Assembly (NCBI GenBank): GCA_000388065.2
Contig: KB932204.1
Length of the DNA stretch: 9,930 nt
DNA from: Fonticula alba ATCC 38817
Taxonomy: Eukaryota > Protista > Nucleariida
Strand: one strand, 5' to 3'
Below, in pieces: positions 1 to 9,930 of the stretch. A program made the position numbers and the translations under genes. Every line of letters starts with the position of its first letter. Positions within the stretch are counted from its first letter, which is position 1. A model generated the notes under the pieces. The model ran no database searches. It was not told the origin of the DNA and saw nothing but the letters and a program-made list of their open reading frames with translations.

Positions 1-1325
1 GGGGGGGGGGGGGGGGGCCGGACAACGCCCCTGATCGCTGCCCCGATGCCGGAGCCGGGCGCCAGGAGCCGGGCACAGCGGTCGGGGCGAGGGGGCCCGG
101 CCGGCCGAAAGGGCGCCGCGTCTGCAGGGCGGGCCAGTCATGTGCCCCCCCCCCCTCCCGCGTGTGCGCGCGCCCGGGCCGGGCCACGCCGACCGGCGGC
201 CCAAGCGAACGCCCCGCCCGAGGGACGGTCGAACACACGGGCCGGCTGTCCTCCGGCCCCCCCCCCCCCCCCGGGCGTTGCGTGTCATCGGAGTGTGGGC
301 GCGCTCGCGTAATCGGCGCCCCCGCATCTGCTGCGCCTGTGTGTGGGCTCGCGTCGGTGTCTGCGCGTGCGGGTGTGTGTATGTGAGCTGGCGACCGTGC
401 TCGGGCGCGCGCCGCATGCTCATCCTCCCCGTATACGAGGGCTCGCTCTGCCTGCCTGCCTGGCCCCCCCTCGGATCAGACAGCACATGTGCCCAGATAC
501 ACACGCGCAAGCATGCGCGCACGCACACACATGCACACACGCACAGTGCCGCGCCCGCACCTCCACTGATCCGGTCCCCAGGGCAACGCACGCGTGGGCG
601 CCGCCCGGGGGGCGGGGGGCGCCAGAGGATGGGCGCAGGCCGCCGGATCCTGGCGTGATCGCGGGGGACTGGGCGGCCGGCCGCGGCGCCGGGCTCCGGC
701 CCCCGAGAAGGAGCGCTATTGTATGGGTGGTTGCCGGTCCTCTCGCCCGCCGGCCCGGCACCGGGGTCCCATGCCCGGGGGGGGGGGGGGGCGGGCATGG
801 GCGGGCATGTAACCGGCTGCCAGCCCGGGGGCGGCCGGGCGCAAGGGGCGCCGGGGGGCGGGGCAGTCAGAGGTGGCAGGTCGCTTTGTCCTTTCCAGGG
901 GAAGCCGAGGCCAGGGCGCGGCGGGCGCACGCGGGAGAGGCCCGGCCCGGGGCGGCCCCGGGCCACGCGGTGGCGCCCGACCGTCCCCGACCCGCCGGCG
1001 CACTGGCAAAGCCCCGATGTGCGCGCGGGCGAGGACGAGCGGCGTCGGCCTGCTTCCGGCTTGCCGGGCGCCGGGACAGGGAACACAGGGGCGCGCCGGG
1101 GGCGCCCGGGGGCGCCCGGGCGCGGGGCCCTGGACAGGGGACGTCGCTCCGGGGGAGTGCCCGGCGGGGCCGGGCCGAGGGCCGGGCCCGGCGGCGCCCC
1201 TAGTGGGCGCGCGCAGACAACGCACAGCGACCCAGACACACTACACACACTACACACACACACACACCCATGCACACGGAGATGCGCGCGCGCCACGCCC
1301 GCGACCGGGCCCGGACGCGGATTAA

Positions 1326-1572
1326 CAGAAAAGAAGCCCCGGCGGCCGGGAGAACGCGGCCACTGGCGCGCCCTCCCGCTGGAGCTGCCCGCATGGATTG
1401 GCACTTTTTCCGTCTCGGCGCCGCCGGCCAGGCCGCGCCCACGACGCTCTTCCGATCTCAGAAAAGAAGCCCCGGCGGCCGGGAGAACGCGGCCACTGGC
1501 GCGCCCTCCCGCTGGAGCTGCCCGCATGGATTGGCACTTTTTCCGTCTCGGCGCCGCCGGCCAGGCCGCGCC
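1326..1572. repeat. Exact 114-bp direct duplication (1326-1439 = 1459-1572), probably an assembly artefact
   Basis: Base-by-base comparison shows the two copies (cagaaaagaagcccc...ccaggccgcgcc) are identical with an offset of 133. The 19-nt spacer between them is adapter sequence. Confidence 0.95.
1440..1458 (+). other. Illumina adapter/Read-1 primer remnant CACGACGCTCTTCCGATCT
   Basis: Exact 19-nt match to the 3' end of the standard Illumina sequence ACACTCTTTCCCTACACGACGCTCTTCCGATCT. It directly abuts the first base of repeat copy 2. Confidence 0.95.
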
Positions 1573-1667
1573 AGTCACACGACGCAGGAAGCCCCTCCCT
1601 CCCTCCGCCCCAGGGGGGGACGCGCGAGGTCGGCCCGCAGCGTACGGAACAGCCGCCGGGCGCCGGG

Positions 1668-2368
1668 NNNNNNNNNNNNNNNNNNNNNNNNNNNNNNNNN
1701 NNNNNNNNNNNNNNNNNNNNNNNNNNNNNNNNNNNNNNNNNNNNNNNNNNNNNNNNNNNNNNNNNNNNNNNNNNNNNNNNNNNNNNNNNNNNNNNNNNNN
1801 NNNNNNNNNNNNNNNNNNNNNNNNNNNNNNNNNNNNNNNNNNNNNNNNNNNNNNNNNNNNNNNNNNNNNNNNNNNNNNNNNNNNNNNNNNNNNNNNNNNN
1901 NNNNNNNNNNNNNNNNNNNNNNNNNNNNNNNNNNNNNNNNNNNNNNNNNNNNNNNNNNNNNNNNNNNNNNNNNNNNNNNNNNNNNNNNNNNNNNNNNNNN
2001 NNNNNNNNNNNNNNNNNNNNNNNNNNNNNNNNNNNNNNNNNNNNNNNNNNNNNNNNNNNNNNNNNNNNNNNNNNNNNNNNNNNNNNNNNNNNNNNNNNNN
2101 NNNNNNNNNNNNNNNNNNNNNNNNNNNNNNNNNNNNNNNNNNNNNNNNNNNNNNNNNNNNNNNNNNNNNNNNNNNNNNNNNNNNNNNNNNNNNNNNNNNN
2201 NNNNNNNNNNNNNNNNNNNNNNNNNNNNNNNNNNNNNNNNNNNNNNNNNNNNNNNNNNNNNNNNNNNNNNNNNNNNNNNNNNNNNNNNNNNNNNNNNNNN
2301 NNNNNNNNNNNNNNNNNNNNNNNNNNNNNNNNNNNNNNNNNNNNNNNNNNNNNNNNNNNNNNNNNNNC
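1668..2368. other. Scaffold gap (701 N)
   Basis: Run of N. ORFs crossing it in the ORF track are meaningless. Confidence 1.
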
Positions 2369-2910
2369 CCCCCCCCCAGGGACGTGGCCCATTGACGCCA
2401 AGAGTCTAGAGCCCCGGCCGGACCTGTTCGTCCTGGTACGGCCGCCGGCATGCGCAGGCAACAGCTTTAAGCCCGCCCCCTCCCGAGTGTGGGCATGGGC
2501 CCCCATGCAGGCCGGAGAACACGCGGCGTCCACGGCCCATGCGCCCCGGGGGACAGGCCGGGCCCGAGACAGACCCGCCGCACGGGCCGGTTCCGGTCGT
2601 TGGAGTTTCTTTCGGGCAACCGCGGAAATTGGCCGGTCCCATGTGTCCCCCCCCCCCCCCGGCCACTGCCAGCCTGACGCCAGCCGGCCCCGCCGCCGGC
2701 CCGGCACGGCGTGGAGTGGGCAGCGACCGATGCGGGGCGGGGCGCACGTCCCGCCGGCGAACACCCCCCCCCCCCCGGGCCCGGAAATGGAGCAGCACCG
2801 AACAGGCGGGGCCAACGCCGGCAGCCACCCACACCGCGCGATCCCCCACCACCCCCTGCGCACCCGGAACGCTCATAGGCACCGGGCCGAGGCAGTGAGC
2901 CATGCCACGC

Positions 2911-2982
2911 GTGGATATCGTATAGTGGTTAGTATAAGTGGTTGTGGCCCACTCGGCCCCAGTTCGATTCTGGGTATCCACA
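2911..2982 (+). tRNA. tRNA-His-GTG: tRNA-His (anticodon GTG), intronless
   Basis: Full cloverleaf folded by hand. Acceptor stem GTGGATA(2911-17)/TATCCAC(2975-81). D arm GTAT-AGTGGTTA-GTAT. Anticodon stem AGTGG/CCACT with loop TT-GTG-GC (anticodon 2944-46). Variable loop CGGC. T arm CCCAG-TTCGATT-CTGGG. Discriminator A2982, and no encoded CCA. Confidence 0.97.
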
Positions 2983-2987
2983 CGTTA

Positions 2988-2992
2988 TTTTT
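2988..2992 (+). terminator. RNA polymerase III terminator (T5) of tRNA-His
   Basis: TTTTT starts 6 nt after the discriminator base, in otherwise T-poor DNA. Confidence 0.85.
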
Positions 2993-3405
2993 GGCGCCGC
3001 CGCGCCCGTATGGAACACCATTCCCCCCATCAGCCCGGGCATTCTGGTGTTGCGCCCGGCCCTGACCGGCGGCATCTTGGCCCCGCTGCCGCTGGTCGCC
3101 CCGGTCCGCGGGCACCTCGCGCGTGCAAGCGCCCTGCTTTTTTGCCCCGCTTTCCCGCGAGAGAGGCCCCCTCAGATGCCGGCCGGGCGGATGCAGAGCG
3201 AGCCGGGCCCCGCCTTGGCACCCGGCGGCGGGGCCCGTGGCGCATGTGGCCGGCTCGCCCCGTGCACCCCCCCCCCGGGCACGGTCGAAGAGGGATCTTC
3301 CCTTTTCGGGGTCCACAACCATTGGCCGCGGGGTCGCACCCCCCCCCGGACAATGCTCCCCTCCTCCTCCTCCTCCTCCTCGGTCATTCTCGCCCACACC
3401 CCTAG

Positions 3406-5510
<2,105 letters not shown>

Positions 5511-5714
5511 AGCCACATCGGCGGCGGGAGAGAACGCGCGCGAGAAGGAGGAGAGGCATGCGCGCGCGCGCGCGCGCCAGTGCGTGCGTACATGTGCACC
5601 TATGTGCGGGTATATGTCCGCATGTGCCCCTCTCGCCTGCTCCTCCCTCCAGCCCCCCCCCCCCCCGTCGCCTCCTCAGGTGAGTCTACCTTTCGCAAGT
5701 GCCTTTTGCCCTTT

Positions 5715-5745
<31 letters not shown>

Positions 5746-6551
5746 GCTTGCCCATCCTCCTCGCCCCCGCGCATGGCCGCCCGCCGGCCATACTGCCTCG
5801 GCCGGCTGTGGGCCGGCGCCGGCCCCCGGGCGCGAGTGAGCGCGCGAGAAGGAGGGCCCAGGCCCAGGGGGCGCGAACGCCCGTATGAATATAGAGTAAA
5901 CACCACACATGTTTTTGGTGGCCTTTTTGCCCGCCCCTCCCTCGGCGATCGGCCGCCCCTCTGTGGACATGTGCTGTGTCACGTGCGGCGGCTAACGGCA
6001 GAGGCGCAGCGGCCAACGCCGTGGGCACGACGGCCACGCATCTAGTTGCCAACGATGGGGCGGGCCGACAACGCGCGCCGCTTTCTCCCCGCCCCGGCCG
6101 GGGGGGGGGGGGGGGAAGAATCGTTACGCACCCGGCGCCGGGGACCAGCCGGCCGGGTCTCGCCGGCGCCGAGGAGGGGCCGGCAGACCCAGACATACAC
6201 ACGGGCCCCTTGCACCGGCCGGCGGGCAACAGTGGTCTTTTTTTTTCCGCCCTCCTCTGCCCCGGGCGGTGTGTGTGGGGGACGAAGCCCCGGCTCCCGG
6301 TGCTCGCAGCCGGGGGGAGCATGCACGGCGGGGGAGAGCCTGCAGGGGGGCCGCGCGTCTAATGCCCGCCCCCCCCCCCCCCGCTCTTCCGCCCCCAGTC
6401 GACCCCGCCGAGCGCCGGGCGAATGCTTCAACTCGCAGCCCATTCGCGCGGTCTACGCCCGTCCCAGCTCCGGGTAATGCGCCACCTCCTCTCCTCTGTG
6501 TCCACAACTCTCTTTCTCCCTCGCGCCCTCTCCCCTCCCCCTTCTCCCCGC

Positions 6552-6552
<1 letters not shown>

Positions 6553-6585
<33 letters not shown>

Positions 6586-6595
6586 CCCCCCCCCC
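6553..6595 (+). repeat. Poly-C tract (C32-G-C10) upstream of PRP19
   Basis: Longest of many C/G homopolymers in the window. The exact length may be unreliable. Confidence 0.9.
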
Positions 6596-6657
6596 ATCTA
6601 TCTTCGACCAGTCGAGCCAGGAGTTCACGTACCCGGCTATCCCCTGCCCTCTCAGTC

Positions 6658-8817
6658 ATGCTCCTCTGCGCCCGTATGTCGCCCTTTCCCTCCTCTTTCC
6701 TTCTGGTTTCTCCGGCTTTTTCTCTGCTCTCCCCCCCCCTCCCCTCCGCCCCACACCCATACTCACCGCCTCCGCCCACCACCTGCTCCCGGCAGTTTCC
6801 AACGAGCTGCCCGAGTCGCCCGTCCTCTCGCCCAAGAGCAATGCCGTCTTCGAGCGCCGCCTCATTGAGAAGTACATCGCCGACCGCGGGACTGACCCGG
6901 TCAATGGCGAGCCCCTGACCGTCGATGAGCTGATCGACATCAAGCGTACGCCCGGCTCCCCATGCCAGCTGCCTCTCCTCGCCCTGTCCGACCGGGCCAA
7001 CCCCCCGGCGAAAGCCCGCCCCCCCCCCCCCCCCCTGGTGCCTCTCTGCCCCCGCTCCCCTCGCTCCCCATGCTGACCACTCGGCCTGGCCCGGCGCGCC
7101 GGCGCCCACAGAGGATGGCCCGATTCGCGCGCGTCCGCCCACCGCCTCCAGCATCCCCGGCATGCTGTCCATGTTCCAAAATGAGTGGGACGCCGTGGTC
7201 CTGGAGACGTATCAGCTGAAGCAGCAGCTGTCCAAGGTCCGGCTGGAGCTTTCGCACACCCTCTACCAGCACGAGGCCGCCTGCCGGGTGATCGCCCGGC
7301 TGAACAAGGAGAATGCCCAGCTGCGGGCGCAGCTCGGCCGTGTGGACGCCCCCGGCGCCCGGGCCGCCGACTCCATGGACGTCGACCCGAAGCCTGCCGC
7401 CGCCGCCGCCACCACCACCGGGCCCCTGGCCGGGGAGCTGGTCCAGCGCATGGAGGCCCTGTCGGCCGCGGCGCTGGAGGACCGCCGCGCGCGCAAGACT
7501 CCGGCCACCCTGGCCTCGGCCGAGGGCCTGCAGAGCCTGCACGAGTCCTGGACCGCCACCGTCGGCGAGCTGAGGACCGTGGCCATCAGCGCCCTGGACG
7601 ACCTGGTGCTTGCCGGCTCGCGCGATGGCACGGCCACCCTCTTTGCCCAGGGCGGCGCTTCGCTGCAGAACCTCACCGGGCACAAGGGCCGGCTGACGGC
7701 GGCCACCTTTGCCCCGGGGCCCGTCCAGGGGGCCGGTCGCCCCACCATTTTGACCGCCTCCCATGACCGCACCGTGCGCGTGTGGGCCGACGAGGCTGAC
7801 ACCGGGTACAAGACCCGGGCCGTGGTCGAGTGCCACACCGGCCCGGTCACCAGTGCGGCCTTCCACCCGCTGGACGGGACCCTTGCCCTGACCACCTCGC
7901 TGGACGCCACCTGGGCCTTCCTGGACGTGACCACCGGCCGGACCCTCCACCAGCAGGCGTGCCCGGTGTCCAAGAACGGTACACGACGCGCCGGCCCATT
8001 TCGCTCCCTCCCTCGCTCTGTCTCTGCTTCTCTCTGGCATTCTCGATGACTGACCCCGGCGCACATGCCCAAACGGGGCCGGTGTTGCCCCGCACCTTCG
8101 TGTCCCGCCCGGCCCATCCCTTGGTCGCCTGGCAAGCAGGCATCATCGCCGCCGACATCCACCCCGATGGCCTGATCTTTGGCTCGTGCGCCGGCGACAG
8201 CCAGATCCTCATCTGGGACCTGCGCTCGGCCGCCAACATCGCGTCGCTCAGCTCGCCCGACGCGGCCGGTGCCAACATCGACTCCCTCACCTTCAGCCAG
8301 AACGGCTACTACCTGTCCTCCATCGGCCGGGACAACACCCTGCGCCTGTGGGACCTGCGCAAGAGCCAGCTCGTGGACAGCGTTGTCCTGGACTGGGCCC
8401 CGACCAGCTCGACCATCGACGCCTCCGGTACCTACCTGACTGTCGGCGGCGAGGGCGGTGTCAGGTGCGTCCGGGGCCTTTTGTTTGGGCACCTTTCCGG
8501 CCCCCCGTGTGCGGTGTGCCTCTCTCTCATCTCCCCCCCCCCCCCCACTTCCAGTATCATGTCCGCCCACCGAGAAAGAAGGCCGCCTGCTGACCCCTGG
8601 CCGTTGTGTCACTCTGCTCCCATCCTCCTTCCCCGGTCGGGGTGTCCACACGCGCCCATGTCGCATGCGCCGCAGCATCTTCCGCACGCGCAAGCTCAAG
8701 CCCGTTTGCAACGTCCCCGGCCTGACCTCCGTGGCGTCGGTGGCCTTCGGCAAGGACGCCCGTACCATCGTCGTCGGTGGGGATTCCATGCTGCGCGTGT
8801 TCTCCGTGCCGGAGTAA
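6658..8817 (+). CDS. PRP19: Pre-mRNA-processing factor 19 (U-box E3 ligase, coiled coil, WD40 propeller). Exons 6658-6673, 6796-6945, 7112-7978, 8140-8464, 8676-8817; 1500 nt, 499 aa
   Basis: The spliced N-terminus [55 protein letters not shown] is the Prp19 U-box. [46 protein letters not shown] is the Prp19 coiled coil. WD motifs include [28 protein letters not shown] and LRLWDLRK. Four GT-AG introns (6674-6795, 6946-7111, 7979-8139, 8465-8675) keep the frame to TAA at 8815-8817. Confidence 0.96.
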
Positions 8818-9328
8818 GTGAGCCGTCGCCCCTGCCTGGGGGATGCGGCCCTGGCCGGCATTTCCCTCTCCTCTGCTCGTCTGCCCACACACAAACACAC
8901 ACACACACATGCACATGTGAAGGAGAGGCGGGGGGGGGGGGTGTTTTTGTTTGCTTGCGCACAAGTCGCCCCCCGCTCGTTCCTTTCCTCGACCCTTTTG
9001 TGTGTACGTGCCGCCACACACGCGCGGGCGCACAAACACACGCACACATGCATGCATGCCCCAGAAGCCCCTATATACCAAAAATGCAAAGAAAACCCAT
9101 CGGAATCCACGCTCGCACGTGCCATGTGCGCGAGACATGTGCCACCTCAGAATGTGCCATCTCTCTCCCTCTCCCTCTCTCCTTCTCGCTGCTGATCTTC
9201 TCGTCTTTCTTATTCACAGCCACCCCAAGCGCATCAGGGGCATGGGCATAAGTGGGCGCGGATGGATGTGCGTGGAGGGGGGGGGGGGGGAGCAGGGGGG
9301 AGGGCCTGCCAACAGGGCGCTCTCGCTC

Positions 9329-9874
9329 CTAGTCGGAGTCCGAGTCAATCAGGAAGTCATCATCATCAACGAAGATGTTGTCCGCGGCATTCTTGATCTC
9401 GCTGATTCCGGTCAAATCCTCCAGGAGGATCGGCTCGCGCAGGACGCGCTGGATGAAGTCCCAGCCGTCCGGGGCGCCGGGCTGCCTGTCGGCCTCGGCC
9501 TCGGCCGGGCCCCAGCCGCGACCGCCAGCCTCGCGCAGTGCCTTTACCACGCTGCCGCTGCAGGCGATGCAGCGGGTGTACGCCTCGCCGAGGATCAGGC
9601 GCTGGCCCCAGTGGCCCACGCCGCCGCGAATGGTGTGCGGCACCACCCCCAGGCAGGTGGTCGACGCGGCCGAGTCCCGCGCCGCCAGGCCGGAGCTGTC
9701 CATCTGCGACTCGTGCGCATACAGCCCGCCGACCGTGATGCCGGCCGGCGCGCGCACCCCGAGCGGGTGCTGCAGCAGGGTGGACATGACCTCCACCGCC
9801 AGGCTGCCGGCCATGTAGGCCAGTCCCGGCCGAGTGACCGTGCACATCTGGTCCAGCGTGCGCTGGGAGGTGGA
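9329..9874 (-). CDS. ATG7: Ubiquitin-like modifier-activating (E1-like) autophagy enzyme Atg7, terminal coding exon; the rest of the gene lies beyond the window end
   Basis: STSQRTLDQMCTVTRPG contains the Atg7 active-site Cys (codon 9844-9842). It is followed by GVVPHTIRG, CIACS, LEDLTG and an acidic tail. The acceptor is GCACAG| at 9880-9875 on the minus strand, preceded by a C-rich tract. Stop is TAG at 9331-9329. Confidence 0.95.
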   Translation of the reverse strand, partial: STSQRTLDQMCTVTRPGLAYMAGSLAVEVMSTLLQHPLGVRAPAGITVGGLYAHESQMDSSGLAARDSAASTTCLGVVPHTIRGGVGHWGQRLILGEAYTRCIACSGSVVKALREAGGRGWGPAEAEADRQPGAPDGWDFIQRVLREPILLEDLTGISEIKNAADNIFVDDDDFLIDSDSD

Positions 9875-9930
9875 CTGTGCAAATCCGGCAGCACCGAGGG
9901 GAGAGGGAACGGGGGAAGGGGGGGGGGGGG

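Noticed and set aside
1326-1572. Repeat-spacer-repeat read as a CRISPR-like unit or transposon terminal repeat
   Set aside because: The spacer is Illumina adapter, the repeats are too long and only two, and the context is eukaryotic.
1-1667. Many long overlapping ORFs (Gly/Pro/Arg/Ala-rich) at the left end
   Set aside because: These are expected by chance in very GC-rich DNA with few stop codons. I recognise no motifs or consistent exon structure, and several cross the adapter artefact or the N gap.
5880-5930. AT-richer island with T runs as a possible snRNA, snoRNA or Pol III gene
   Set aside because: No Sm site, C/D or H/ACA boxes, A/B boxes or convincing fold were found. It is more likely a 3'-end or promoter element.
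7263-9125. 620-aa minus-strand ORF antisense to PRP19
   Set aside because: It is a shadow ORF from GC3-rich codon usage on the opposite strand, with no recognisable domain.

Overview
GC-rich, intron-containing eukaryotic genomic DNA, not prokaryotic, so most of the ORF track is spurious. I can reconstruct three protein-coding genes by hand. SUA5 (threonylcarbamoyl-AMP synthase) is on +, 3 exons, with two in-frame ATGs. PRP19 (U-box/WD40 splicing factor) is on +, 5 exons, 499 aa. The last coding exon of ATG7 is on -, convergent with PRP19, and includes the catalytic Cys. A tRNA-His(GTG) gene with a Pol III terminator lies at 2911-2982. The left end is partly an assembly artefact: an exact 114-bp duplication split by a 19-nt Illumina adapter, then a 701-N gap. 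I see no novel multi-gene system. The best biological leads are a probable mitochondrial/cytosolic dual-start SUA5, unusual intron architecture (C-tracts, distant branch points), and a possible intron at the PRP19 stop codon that would extend the transcript toward ATG7. The lineage is an unverified guess: a GC-rich protist or fungal relative such as Fonticula.
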